A stretch of 32,000 nucleotides of DNA from Synechococcus sp. A15-28 (GCF_014280175.1 NZ_CP047931.1:1950001-1982000); one strand, 5' to 3'. Counted from the stretch's first letter, positions 18,994 to 28,453 are shown. Notes: generated by a model from the letters alone, not told the origin. Made by a program: numbers and translations.

Positions 18994-20798
18994 TCAGCGC
19001 GCTTCAGAACCCTCAGGCGGTGATCACCCTGACGGTTTTGGCTCTGGCGATTGCTCTGTTCATCACAGGAGCCCTGGCCCCGGAACTCACCGGCCTGCTC
19101 AGCCTCGGCCTTCTGGTCGCCACGGGGGTGCTGTCTCCACCGGAGGCCCTGGCTGGATTCGGCAGTCCCGCCCTGATCACCCTGATGGGGTTGTTCCCGG
19201 TCTCCGCTGCTCTCTTCAAAAGCGGAGCACTGGACCGCCTGCGCGCCCTGATCGCCTCAGAGCGGATCCGCTCGCCAAGACGACTGATCGCGCTGATGGC
19301 CTTAGTGATCGCGCCGGTGTCCGGCATCGTCCCCAACACACCGGTGGTGGCATCGCTGTTGCCGGTGGTGGAGAACTGGTGCCATCGGCGCGGGGTCTCC
19401 CCATCCAGGGTTCTGCTTCCCCTGTCGTTTTCAACCGTGCTCGGCGGAACCCTCACCCTGCTGGGCAGTTCGGTCAACCTGTTGGTGAGTGACATCAGCC
19501 AGCAACTCGGGCATGGATCCCTGGAGCTGTTCAGTTTCACGTTGATCAGCCTGCCGATCTGGCTTGTGGGGGCCGCTTATCTGGTGCTGGCACCACGGGC
19601 CCTGCTGCCGGACCGTGGCCACGACAATGACGAGCTGGGGCTGTCGCCCCAGCGCAGCAGTTACAGCACCGAAGTCACCATCCCCCAGGACTCGGAACTG
19701 GTGGGGGTCTCCCTGCACAACAGCCGACTGCAACGCCGCTTCGATGTGGATGTGCTGGAGCTCCAGCGTGCCGGAGAACGCCTGATGCCCCCCCTGGCGG
19801 ACCGCAAGCTCCAGGCCGGCGACCATCTGCTGCTGCGGGTGACCCGGCAGGACCTGCTGCGTCTCCAGCAGGACCACACCGTTCAGCTCACCACCCAGGG
19901 GAACAATGCGGGTTTCGATCTGAGCAGTGATGACCTGAGCGGTCAGAAGACAGTTGAAGTGCTGCTGCCGGCCGGATCCACTCTGGCCGGAGCCAGCCTC
20001 CGCGAACTCCGCTTCCGCCAACGCCATAACGCCACGGTGCTCGCCCTGCGTCGCGGCCAGGAGACCCTGCAGGAACGGCTGGGGCAGATCGTCCTGAGGG
20101 AAGGAGATGTGCTGCTGCTGCAGGCCCCCCTCGATTCCATTCGTGGTCTGCAGGCCAGCAACGACCTGCTGGTGCTCGATCGGCTGGAGGATGATCTCCC
20201 GACGGTGCGGCGCAAACCGCTGGTGGTGAGCATCGCGATCGCCATGCTTGTGCTGCCGACGCTGACGCCGATTCCCCTGGTGGCGGCCGTGCTGTTGGCC
20301 ACCGTCGCCGTCGTGGCCAGCGGCTGTCTTCGCCCCGGAGAGCTGCAACGCGCCATCCGTCTCGATGTGATCCTGCTGCTCGGATCCCTCACCAGCTTCA
20401 GTGTGGCTCTGCAGCGCACCGGATTGGCTGATGCCATGGCCCAGGGTCTTCAACAGTGGCTGGTGGGCTGGCCCACCTACGGATCCCTGGTGGTGGTGTT
20501 CATCGGCACCACCCTGCTCACACAAGTGATGAGCAATGCGGCCTCCGTGGCCCTGTTGGCGCCGGTGGCAGTCCAGTTGGCCCCGGGGCTGGACCTGCCT
20601 CCCACCGCCCTGCTGATCACCGTGCTGTTCGGCGCGAGCCAGTCGTTTCTCACCCCGGTTGGCTACCAGACCAACCTGATGGTGTTCGGGCCCGGGCGGT
20701 ATCGCTTCCTCGATGTCACCCGATATGGAATCGGGCTGACCGTGATCATGACCGTGCTGGTGCCGGCCCTGATCCTGTGGCGTTATGCCGCATCCTGA
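18981..20798 (+). CDS. SLC13-type/ArsB-like permease with RCK (TrkA-C) domains
   Basis: 605 aa; IAPVSGIVPNTPVVASLLPVVENWC, GTLTLLGSSVNLLVSD, two soluble repeats (VGVSLHNSRLQRRFDVDVLELQRAG; AGASLRELRFRQRHNATVLALRRG), then a second membrane domain. Confidence 0.9.
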   Translation: MAELISALQNPQAVITLTVLALAIALFITGALAPELTGLLSLGLLVATGVLSPPEALAGFGSPALITLMGLFPVSAALFKSGALDRLRALIASERIRSPRRLIALMALVIAPVSGIVPNTPVVASLLPVVENWCHRRGVSPSRVLLPLSFSTVLGGTLTLLGSSVNLLVSDISQQLGHGSLELFSFTLISLPIWLVGAAYLVLAPRALLPDRGHDNDELGLSPQRSSYSTEVTIPQDSELVGVSLHNSRLQRRFDVDVLELQRAGERLMPPLADRKLQAGDHLLLRVTRQDLLRLQQDHTVQLTTQGNNAGFDLSSDDLSGQKTVEVLLPAGSTLAGASLRELRFRQRHNATVLALRRGQETLQERLGQIVLREGDVLLLQAPLDSIRGLQASNDLLVLDRLEDDLPTVRRKPLVVSIAIAMLVLPTLTPIPLVAAVLLATVAVVASGCLRPGELQRAIRLDVILLLGSLTSFSVALQRTGLADAMAQGLQQWLVGWPTYGSLVVVFIGTTLLTQVMSNAASVALLAPVAVQLAPGLDLPPTALLITVLFGASQSFLTPVGYQTNLMVFGPGRYRFLDVTRYGIGLTVIMTVLVPALILWRYAAS

Positions 20799-20831
20799 TC
20801 AACACTGGTCGTTCTTCAAGTCGTCAGCTCC

Positions 20832-22241
20832 GTGCCCCTCCGCCAGGCCATCGAGCGCAGCCAGGGCTGGCACCGGCGACTCACCGTGCCCCAGTTCACG
20901 GTGGTCACCGGCCTGCTGGTGATCCTGCTGGGCACGGTTTTGCTGGCCACACCGCTCTGCTCAAGCAGCAAGGTGGGGCTGTGGGAAGCCCTGTTCACCG
21001 CCACATCAGCGATCACGGTGACCGGCCTGTCGATCATTGATGTCGGGGCCGATCTCACCACCGCCGGGCAGTTGGTCCTGGCCCTGATGATCCTGGCGGG
21101 AGGTCTGGGACTGATGGCCATCACCACCTTTCTCCAGGGCTTCGTGGTGAAGGGCACCGGTCTGCGCCGCCGACTGGACCGGGGCCAGACCCTGGATGAA
21201 TTCGGCGTCGGCGGGGTGGGGAGCACATTTCGTGGCATTGCCCTCACGGCAGCCCTGGTGATCCTGGTGGGTGCGCTGGTGCTCTACAGCTTCGGGTTCA
21301 GCAACATCCCCGACCGGGGGGAGCGGCTCTGGGCCTCGATTTTCCACAGCATCTCGGCTTACAACAACGCCGGCTTCGGACTCTGGTCCGACAGCCTGGA
21401 GCGCTACCACGACAACGTTGTGGTCAACGCCGTTGTGATGGTGCTGATCGTCATGGGAGGACTGGGCTGGCGGGTGACGAGCGATCTCGCCAGCCAGGGG
21501 GTCCGTCGCAGCCGGCGGAGACTGAGCCTTCACACCCGTCTCGTCCTTCGCACCACGCTGCTTCTCGTGGTGTTCGGCACCGTTGGGCTGGCCCTGACGG
21601 AGTGGCTCAACCGAGGCGAGGTGTTCATCGGCATGGCCTGGCGGGAACGGTGGATGACCGCCCTGTTCGAATCGGTCACCGCCCGAACGGCCGGGTTCAC
21701 CACGGTCCCCTTCTCCCTCGAGAACATCACCGATTCCGGCACCCTGCTGCTGATGAGCCTCATGTTCATCGGTGCCAGTCCCGGCGGGACGGGTGGAGGC
21801 ATCAAGACCACCACGGTGGCGGCCCTGATGGCAGCGACGCGATCAACCATGCGTGGCCGTGATGCGGTGGTGATCCGCAACCGCGAAATCCCGGACAAGG
21901 TCGTGCTGCGGGCCCTTGGCATCACGGTGGCATCCCTGCTGTTTGTTCTGGCGATGGCGTTGTTGCTGAGCATCGCCAGCAATCTCAACGGGGAAGAACC
22001 CTTCACCTTTCTGGAGATGCTGTTCACCTGCATCTCGGCCTTTGCCACCGTCGGCCTCGATCTCGGGGTCACCGAGCAACTGGGCCGCTTCGGTCAGGCG
22101 GTGCTGATGCTGGGGATGTTCGTGGGAAGGCTGGGGATTCTGTTGCTGCTGAGCGCCATCTGGGAAGTCATGACCCGGGACCAGATCCACATCCACCGTC
22201 AGAATCGGATTGGTTATCCCCGTGAGGACCTTTATGTCTGA
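20832..22241 (+). CDS. ktrB: Ktr/Trk-type K+ (or Na+) uptake membrane subunit
   Basis: 469 aa; FTATSAITVTGLSIIDVGADLTTAGQLVLALMILAGGLGLM, FHSISAYNNAGFGL, MFIGASPGGTGGGIKTTT, STFATVGLDLGVT-like filter repeats (FATVGLD). Confidence 0.93.
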   Translation: MPLRQAIERSQGWHRRLTVPQFTVVTGLLVILLGTVLLATPLCSSSKVGLWEALFTATSAITVTGLSIIDVGADLTTAGQLVLALMILAGGLGLMAITTFLQGFVVKGTGLRRRLDRGQTLDEFGVGGVGSTFRGIALTAALVILVGALVLYSFGFSNIPDRGERLWASIFHSISAYNNAGFGLWSDSLERYHDNVVVNAVVMVLIVMGGLGWRVTSDLASQGVRRSRRRLSLHTRLVLRTTLLLVVFGTVGLALTEWLNRGEVFIGMAWRERWMTALFESVTARTAGFTTVPFSLENITDSGTLLLMSLMFIGASPGGTGGGIKTTTVAALMAATRSTMRGRDAVVIRNREIPDKVVLRALGITVASLLFVLAMALLLSIASNLNGEEPFTFLEMLFTCISAFATVGLDLGVTEQLGRFGQAVLMLGMFVGRLGILLLLSAIWEVMTRDQIHIHRQNRIGYPREDLYV

Positions 22242-22265
22242 CCGCCGTCGACGGGATCACCAGCA

Positions 22266-22970
22266 ATGAGGGAATGGTGGCAGTGGAGCCCGCTCCAGGG
22301 CAGCGACCGGCTGGGGTTCGCCGTCATCGGTGTCGGTCGCTTCGGGATCGCCGTTTGCCGTGAACTGCTGCAGAACGGAGCTGAAGTGCTGGCGGTGGAC
22401 CGCTCGGAACGGGCGGTGGATGAACTGCGTCAGCTGGAGCCGACCGTGGAAGCCCGGGTGGTGGATTGCACCGATGAGGAATCGCTGCGGGAAGCAGGTG
22501 TGCTGGACATGGGCACTGTGGTGGTCGCCATGAGCGAGCCAATCGAGGCCAGTATTACTGCCACCCTGATCGCCAAGGACAGCGAAGGCACCAGGGTGCG
22601 GCAGGTGATCGCCCGCGCCACCAGCGAACTGCACGAAAAGATGCTGAAACGGGTCGGAGCCGACCGGGTGATCTTTCCCTCTCGGATGCAGGGGGAACGA
22701 CTCGGGCTGGAACTGGTGCGCCCCAACCTGATGGAACGGCTGGCCCTGGATGAGAAGCATTGCATCGAGGAGATCAAGGTGCCGGAGCCATTCATGGGCC
22801 GCTCGCTGCGCGACCTGAATCTGCGCAAGAACTTCCGGGTGAATGTGCTGGCGGCAGGTCCCCAGAGCGACCTCACGGTGAACCCTCCGGCCTCCCACGT
22901 GCTGGAGGAGGGCCATCTGTTGGTGGTGATGGGCCTGGTGGATGACCTGCAGCGGTTGCCCAAAACCTGA
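22266..22970 (+). CDS. ktrA: KtrA/TrkA-type RCK regulatory subunit
   Basis: 234 aa; RLGFAVIGVGRFGIAVCRELLQNGAEVLAVD (Rossmann), VVDCTDEESLREAGV, C-terminal TrkA-C-like domain. Directly downstream of ktrB. Confidence 0.93.
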   Translation: MREWWQWSPLQGSDRLGFAVIGVGRFGIAVCRELLQNGAEVLAVDRSERAVDELRQLEPTVEARVVDCTDEESLREAGVLDMGTVVVAMSEPIEASITATLIAKDSEGTRVRQVIARATSELHEKMLKRVGADRVIFPSRMQGERLGLELVRPNLMERLALDEKHCIEEIKVPEPFMGRSLRDLNLRKNFRVNVLAAGPQSDLTVNPPASHVLEEGHLLVVMGLVDDLQRLPKT

Positions 22971-22981
22971 CCATCGCCCCC

Positions 22982-24121
22982 ATGCTCTGCCTCGGCCTGA
23001 TGAGTGGCACAAGTGCCGACGGGGTTGATGCGGTGCTGGCTCGTTTTGATGGTGCCCCGGAGCGTCCCAACTGGACGCTCCTGAGCCACCACCACAGCCC
23101 TTACCCCGCAGCACTGCGGGAGGAGCTGGTGCGCGTCGGCCAGGGCGAGCCACGGCCGGCCGCGGCCCTGCTGGATCTGGCGGAGGCGGTGACCGAACAG
23201 CAGGCGCTGGCGGCTCGCGGCGCCGATCCCGAGCAACGCGCAGCCCTGATCGGCTGCCATGGCCAGACCCTCTGGCACCGTCCCCCGACCCGAAACCGGA
23301 GAGGCACCAGTTGGCAGCTCCTTCAGGCTCCGCTCCTGGCCCAGCTGCTGGCTCGTCCGGTCGTCCACGATTTCCGCGCCGCTGATCTTGCCCTTGGGGG
23401 CCAGGGGGCGCCACTGGTGCCCAGAGCCGATGCCGCTCTGATCGGGGCGACGGATGGCTGGCGGGGTGTTCTCAACCTGGGGGGCATCGCCAACCTCACC
23501 CTGATTCCTCCCCGTTGCGGCCCCCAGCGACAAGAGGCTGTTCTCGGCTGGGACTGCGGACCGGCCAACAGCCTGATTGATCTGGCAATGGAGCAGTTCA
23601 GCGATGGCCAGCAGCTGTTCGACCGTGACGGTGCCATGGCCGCAGCAGGGCGCTGCGGCGACGCTGTGATTCAGCGCTGGCTTGGGGAGCCCTACTTCCA
23701 GCTCAGTCCACCGAAATCAACGGGGCGTGAATGCTTTGGCCGTGAGGATCTCAAGCGTCGCCTGCGACAGCTGGGGGCGATCCCGGCCGCCGATGCGGTG
23801 GCCACCCTCACCGGCTTCAGCGCGGCCGTGGTGGCCCAGGATCTTGAGCGGATCAAGGCGGGGCGAAAGGTTCACCTCCTGGAACTGGTGGTGGCCGGAG
23901 GCGGCAGCCGAAACCCCATGCTGATGAGGGAACTGCAGCGCCGATGCCGTGGTCTGGCCGTCGGCCGCAGTGAGGGGGTCGGCGTGGCGGCGGAGGCCAG
24001 GGAAGCCCTCGTCTTTGCCCTGCTGGCCTGGTGGCATCACCGCGGCCACCCCGGCAATGCTCCTGCCATCACCGGCGCGACGCGGGAGGCGTGCCTGGGC
24101 GTGAGGGTCGGCCCGGCCTGA
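22982..24121 (+). CDS. anmK: Anhydro-N-acetylmuramic acid kinase
   Basis: MLCLGLMSGTSADGVDAVLARF, LIGCHGQTLWHRP, DFRAADLALGGQGAPLVP, LNLGGIANLT, DCGPANSLID, VVAGGGSRNPMLM. Confidence 0.95.
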   Translation: MLCLGLMSGTSADGVDAVLARFDGAPERPNWTLLSHHHSPYPAALREELVRVGQGEPRPAAALLDLAEAVTEQQALAARGADPEQRAALIGCHGQTLWHRPPTRNRRGTSWQLLQAPLLAQLLARPVVHDFRAADLALGGQGAPLVPRADAALIGATDGWRGVLNLGGIANLTLIPPRCGPQRQEAVLGWDCGPANSLIDLAMEQFSDGQQLFDRDGAMAAAGRCGDAVIQRWLGEPYFQLSPPKSTGRECFGREDLKRRLRQLGAIPAADAVATLTGFSAAVVAQDLERIKAGRKVHLLELVVAGGGSRNPMLMRELQRRCRGLAVGRSEGVGVAAEAREALVFALLAWWHHRGHPGNAPAITGATREACLGVRVGPA

Positions 24122-24131
24122 GCGGGCCGCG

Positions 24132-24470
24132 TTAGGGACGATGCAGGCGCAGCCGCCTTGGGGCACCCCGCAGACGGCGGGGTTGCTGGGCTTCCAGTGC
24201 CGAACGCAGGCGCTCTTCCCTGGAGGGCAGCGAGGCCTCGGCACTCTGCTCATGCCTCTGGACCCCCAGCTGAATCAGCACCCGGGCCATGTTGCTGACC
24301 GTGCGGGACTCCTGATCAGCCAAGGCCGTCAAACGGGCACAGAGATCCTCCGGCAGGACCACCTGAATCCGCGGGGACTTGGGCTTCCCGCTTGAGGACG
24401 TCTGACGGGTGGGCACAACCGGATCTCCAGGGGGAGTCTCAGCTACCCGAAAGTGTACAGAGGTGGTCAA
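24132..24470 (-). CDS. Small protein with a possible ribbon-helix-helix (CopG/Arc-like) segment
   Basis: 112 aa; PRIQVVLPEDLCARLTALADQESRTVSNMARVLIQLGVQRH fits a beta-strand plus two-helix RHH pattern. Confidence 0.6.
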   Translation of the reverse strand: MTTSVHFRVAETPPGDPVVPTRQTSSSGKPKSPRIQVVLPEDLCARLTALADQESRTVSNMARVLIQLGVQRHEQSAEASLPSREERLRSALEAQQPRRLRGAPRRLRLHRP

Positions 24471-24521
24471 GGATAGTATCCATGACTATGGTGGGGGCAT
24501 CGGTCCTCCTCGGAGTGCCCC

Positions 24522-24818
24522 ATGCCCGAATCCACAACAACCACCCCGCGCCGCAGCCGGCGCCCCGGTGGCCGCCGTCGTCCTCAGCGCACGCCTGAGA
24601 ACAGTGATGTGCTGGTCTCCGCTGTGATCAGCACCTATCTGCTCACCCATCTGCACCACGTGCTGCAGCGGGCCGAATACGGTGCAGCCCAGGAGGGCAG
24701 AAACTCCCAGGCCGCCAATTACGCCCAGCTGCGCAAGGTGCTCTGCATGGATGCCCGCAGCATGGAAGACGCCTCCGCCCTCGGTCTTCGTGATGAAGGG
24801 CTGGACCAGGCAGCCTGA
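24522..24818 (+). CDS. Hypothetical protein (98 aa)
   Basis: Arg/Thr-rich N-terminus then a helical, conserved-looking core VLVSAVISTYLLTHLHHVLQRAEYGAAQEG. Confidence 0.5.
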   Translation: MPESTTTTPRRSRRPGGRRRPQRTPENSDVLVSAVISTYLLTHLHHVLQRAEYGAAQEGRNSQAANYAQLRKVLCMDARSMEDASALGLRDEGLDQAA

Positions 24819-24859
24819 CGATTGTCGATCGACTGAATAGCGTTCCAGCAGCCGCATCG

Positions 24860-25096
24860 ATGACCATGGCTGGCCATGCCGCCGCTCTCTACGAGCGCAT
24901 CCGCAGCAATCCCGAACAGACCCAGGCCTTGTTTCGACAGGCGCTCCAGGATCCTTCCGGTGCCATGGCTTCCATCTGCCAATTCGGGAAAGACCAGGGT
25001 CTCCCCGTTACCCCGGACGAGGTCAGGCAGCATCTGGCCAGCCTTGACGACGACGCCAGCCGTCGCTGGGTCGTCAAGGCACGCGGTGGGCTGTAA
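24860..25096 (+). CDS. Small Nif11-like protein
   Basis: 78 aa; AALYERIRSNPEQTQALFRQALQDPSGAMASICQFGKDQGLPVTPDEVRQHLAS...ARGGL resembles Nif11/Nif11-leader helices and the terminal GG. Confidence 0.5.
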   Translation: MTMAGHAAALYERIRSNPEQTQALFRQALQDPSGAMASICQFGKDQGLPVTPDEVRQHLASLDDDASRRWVVKARGGL

Positions 25097-25256
25097 GCGG
25101 CTTCTGCTCCACGATCTGTCCGCTGGACGCCTGATCTGATGTCGGCCTGCGGCGCTCATAGCCGCCGCCACCGGCCCAGCTGAAGAACAACAGATAACTG
25201 ACGATGGCCAGACCGGCGGCCACCACGACTGCAGTCAGCTGTTCCAGCTTCAGCAT
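25074..25256 (-). CDS. Small single-pass membrane protein, unknown function
   Basis: From the ATG at 25256: MLKLEQLTAVVVAAGLAIVSYLLFFSWAGGGGYERRRP...; one TM helix. Its 3' end overlaps the convergent Nif11-like ORF. Confidence 0.55.
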   Translation of the reverse strand: MLKLEQLTAVVVAAGLAIVSYLLFFSWAGGGGYERRRPTSDQASSGQIVEQKPLTAHRVP

Positions 25257-25299
25257 GGCCTGACTCCCTGATGATCGGCCCACCAGTCTGCCGGCAGGG

Positions 25300-27051
25300 A
25301 TGATGGGGGCTCAATGCTCCCGGCCGGTGCTGCGACTCGAGAACGTCAGCAAGATCTATCCGACCGGGGAGGTGCTGCGCAACGTCACCTGGGAGGTGAA
25401 ACCCGGGGATCGCATCGGCCTGGTGGGCGTCAACGGTGCTGGCAAATCCACCCAGATGCGCCTGATCGCCGGACAGGAGGAACCCAGCAGCGGCCAGGTG
25501 GTCCGCCAGGGCGATCCGCGAATCGCCTTTCTCCAGCAGGAATTTGACGTCAATCCCGAACGCAGCGTTCGCCAGGAGCTGTTTCAGGCCTTCGGGGAAG
25601 CCGCCACGGTGCTGAACTGCCAGCGGGAGGTGGAGGAGGCCATGGGATCCGAGAAAGCAGCCGAGGATCCCGACCGTCTCGATCAGCTCATCCAAGAGCT
25701 GGGGAAACTGCAAACCCGGTTTGAAGCGCTGCACGGCTACGAACTGGATGCACGGATCGACAAGCTGCTGCCGACGATCGGCTTCACGCCGGAAGGGGCG
25801 GAACAACTGGTCAGCGATTACTCCGGCGGCTGGCAGATGCGCATCGCCCTGGGAAAAATTCTGCTGCAGGACCCTGACCTGCTGCTGCTGGACGAACCGA
25901 CGAACCACCTGGATGTGGAGACGATCCAGTGGCTGGAGGGCTACCTGGTGGAACAGAGCGCTGCCCTGGTGGTGATCAGTCACGACCGCACCTTCCTGGA
26001 TCGCGTCTGCAACCAGATCGTGTCCACCGAACGCGGCATCTCCCGCAGTTACCTCGGCAACTACACCGCTCACCTCGAACAGAAGCAACTGGAACAGGAG
26101 GCCACCCAGGCCGCCTTCGAACGCCAGCAGAAGGAGATCGCAACGCAGCAGGCCTACATCGACCGCTTCCGCGCCAGCGCCACCCGCAGCACCCAGGCCA
26201 AAAGCCGCGAGAAGCAGCTGGACAAGGTGGAGCTGGTGGAGGCCCCCATCGAATCGGTCTCAGGCCCCAGTTTTCGCTTCCCACCGGCCCCCCGTTCCGG
26301 AGCGCAGGTGGCGGTGATCGACAACCTCTGCCACAGCTACGGGGAGAAGATCCTCTTTCTCGGCGCCGAACTGGAGGTGGAGCGTGGTGATCGGATCGCC
26401 TTCGTCGGCCCCAATGGAGCTGGGAAATCCACCCTGCTGCGCCTGGTGATGGGCACCGAAACCCCGGATGAAGGCAGCGCCCGACTCGGCGAGCACAACG
26501 TGGTGGCCCGTTATTTCGAACAGAACCAGGCCGAAGCCCTTGACCTGAGCAAGACGGTCATCGACACGATGTTCGAAGCGGTGCCCGACTGGACCCAGAC
26601 GCAGGTGCGCTCTTTGCTGGGCAATTTCTGCTTCAGCAACGACACCGTGTTCAAGGAAGTGGGCAAACTCAGCGGCGGCGAAAAAGCTCGCCTGGCCCTG
26701 GCCCTGATGCTCCTGAGCCCCTGCAATCTGCTGGTGCTCGATGAACCCACAAACCACCTGGACATTCCTGCCAAACAGATGCTGGAGGACGCGCTCCGTG
26801 CCTTCGAAGGAGCCGTTCTGGTGGTCTCCCACGACCGTTACTTCATCTCCAGAGTGGCCAATCGGATCGTGGAACTACGGGACGGCGAGCTGGTGCTATA
26901 CCGCGGCGATTACGCCTACTACCTCGAGAAAAAGGAGGAGGAAAGGGCTGAAGAACGGGAGAAACAACTGGCTGCAGAACAGGACGCCAAACGCAAGGCC
27001 AACCGGGACAAGCAGAAAGCACGCCAGGAGCGCCGCAAAAAGGTGGCCTGA
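25300..27051 (+). CDS. ABC-F family ATPase (Uup/YheS-like)
   Basis: 583 aa with two ABC modules (GLVGVNGAGKSTQMRLI; AFVGPNGAGKSTLLRLV), YSGGWQMR and LSGGEKAR signatures, and no TM domain. The true start may be a few codons downstream. Confidence 0.93.
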   Translation: MMGAQCSRPVLRLENVSKIYPTGEVLRNVTWEVKPGDRIGLVGVNGAGKSTQMRLIAGQEEPSSGQVVRQGDPRIAFLQQEFDVNPERSVRQELFQAFGEAATVLNCQREVEEAMGSEKAAEDPDRLDQLIQELGKLQTRFEALHGYELDARIDKLLPTIGFTPEGAEQLVSDYSGGWQMRIALGKILLQDPDLLLLDEPTNHLDVETIQWLEGYLVEQSAALVVISHDRTFLDRVCNQIVSTERGISRSYLGNYTAHLEQKQLEQEATQAAFERQQKEIATQQAYIDRFRASATRSTQAKSREKQLDKVELVEAPIESVSGPSFRFPPAPRSGAQVAVIDNLCHSYGEKILFLGAELEVERGDRIAFVGPNGAGKSTLLRLVMGTETPDEGSARLGEHNVVARYFEQNQAEALDLSKTVIDTMFEAVPDWTQTQVRSLLGNFCFSNDTVFKEVGKLSGGEKARLALALMLLSPCNLLVLDEPTNHLDIPAKQMLEDALRAFEGAVLVVSHDRYFISRVANRIVELRDGELVLYRGDYAYYLEKKEEERAEEREKQLAAEQDAKRKANRDKQKARQERRKKVA

Positions 27052-27131
27052 TCAGCGTTCTTCCAGAACCGGGGGAAACTTCACAGACCCTTAGGCAGGA
27101 CGACTCATTTCCCTTTACCCAGCCATTACGT

Positions 27132-27341
27132 GTGCATAGGCTGACAAAACCGATCCCTGCAGCGATGACGATGGCCCAACACCCCGGCAACCACGGCCAC
27201 GCCGCCCTGGGGGGCGCCCCCCATGAACAGACCTGGGACGCCGTTGAGACCTATTTCGAGTGCATCACCACCTGCTCCCTTGATGACGGGGAATGCATCA
27301 CCCGCTGCGTCGATCAGCTGCGGGACAACGACGACGCCTGA
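27132..27341 (+). CDS. Small conserved-looking protein with a twin CX3C motif
   Basis: 69 aa; VETYFECITTCSLDDGECITRCVDQLRDND. The start codon is uncertain (ATG 27132 or ATG 27165). Confidence 0.55.
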   Translation: MHRLTKPIPAAMTMAQHPGNHGHAALGGAPHEQTWDAVETYFECITTCSLDDGECITRCVDQLRDNDDA

Positions 27342-28453
27342 GTAGCGAGATCCATGGGGGTCAGAGACACCGTGATGGTGGTGTCCCCCCGTCGGATCGA
27401 CAGGGTCAGCTCTTGTCCAACACCAATGCGTTCAATGGCGGCCACCACCTCCGTGGGGCTGGTGGTCGCCACACCATTGATCGCCGTGATCACGTCATCC
27501 GGTTTCAATCCGGCGGCAGCGGCAGGAGCACCGGGCTGAACGGAACGGATCACCGGGCCTTGAGGGCCAGACGCCAAGCCCACGCCGATCACTGGGTGGC
27601 TGGCGCGCCCCGTCTTGACAAGTTGCTGGGCGATGTTGCGTGCCCGGTTGATCGGAATGGCAAAGCCCAGACCAGCACCCGGACCTGAGCGGACCAGGGT
27701 GTTGATGCCGATGACCTCACCCTCCGCATTGAGCAGCGGGCCACCGGAGTTGCCCGGGTTGATCGCTGCATCGGTCTGAATCAGATCCAACCGCTTTCCG
27801 GAGATACCCAGCTGGGCCACGTTCCGGTTGAGGTTGCTGATGATGCCCATCGTCACGGTGTTTTCCAATCCGAAGGGATTGCCAACCGCAATTGCCCAGT
27901 CTCCCACCTTCAACCGATCAGAATCCCCCAGGGCGGCCGTCGGCCAGGGCCCCTTGCCCTCCAGCCGCACCACCGCCAGATCCGTGAGGCTGTCCTTCCC
28001 GACCACCTTGGCAGCAACGCTGCGCCCGTCGGTGAGCTCCACCCGCAGGGTGTCGGCCCCTTCCACGACATGGGCATTGGTCAGCAGCAGCCCCTCAGCG
28101 TCAAAGATCACACCGCTGCCCTGGCCTCGCTGCACCCGGGACCGCGGGGTTGCCGTGCCCGGAACGCCAAAGAAATGACGAAAGAGTGGATCCATCAGCA
28201 GCCCCCTCGGCAGGCCACTCATGCCAGAGCTGGTCACCGTTCGAGCCGTTTCCAACGTGACCACCGCCGGGCCGCTGCGCTCCACAGCTGCTGCAACGAA
28301 GGATTGGCGGGACAAACCTGCGGAGGAGGGCCTGGCCTGAACGGGGGCTGACACGGCCGCCCCTCCCTGAACGGTCAGGACACCAAGAGCGACCCCGCCG
28401 AGGAGCAGTGATGCCAGGGCTGAACAGGTCTTGGCAGGGGGAATCGACGTCAC
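27314..28453 (-). CDS. HtrA/Deg-family serine protease with PDZ domain
   Basis: 379 aa; signal peptide, GSGVIFDAEGLLLTNAHVVEGA (His), DLAVVRLE (Asp), TDAAINPGNSGGPLLNAEGEVIGIN (Ser), C-terminal PDZ APAAAAGLKPDDVITAINGV. Confidence 0.94.
   Translation of the reverse strand: MTSIPPAKTCSALASLLLGGVALGVLTVQGGAAVSAPVQARPSSAGLSRQSFVAAAVERSGPAVVTLETARTVTSSGMSGLPRGLLMDPLFRHFFGVPGTATPRSRVQRGQGSGVIFDAEGLLLTNAHVVEGADTLRVELTDGRSVAAKVVGKDSLTDLAVVRLEGKGPWPTAALGDSDRLKVGDWAIAVGNPFGLENTVTMGIISNLNRNVAQLGISGKRLDLIQTDAAINPGNSGGPLLNAEGEVIGINTLVRSGPGAGLGFAIPINRARNIAQQLVKTGRASHPVIGVGLASGPQGPVIRSVQPGAPAAAAGLKPDDVITAINGVATTSPTEVVAAIERIGVGQELTLSIRRGDTTITVSLTPMDLATQASSLSRS

Noticed and set aside
19431-20525. 364-aa minus ORF opposite the SLC13-type permease
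   Set aside because: Antisense shadow ORF; composition (His/Gln/Gly-rich) and full overlap with a supported gene.
22257-23533. 385-aa and 367-aa minus ORFs opposite ktrA/anmK
   Set aside because: Two overlapping antisense frames across conserved genes; not plausible proteins.
24110-24128. GGCCCG...CGGGCC palindrome at the anmK stop
   Set aside because: Short stem with no T-run on either strand; insufficient to call a terminator.
24132-24818. Toxin-antitoxin module
   Set aside because: Only the RHH-like member is suggestive; the neighbour is divergent and shows no toxin family features.
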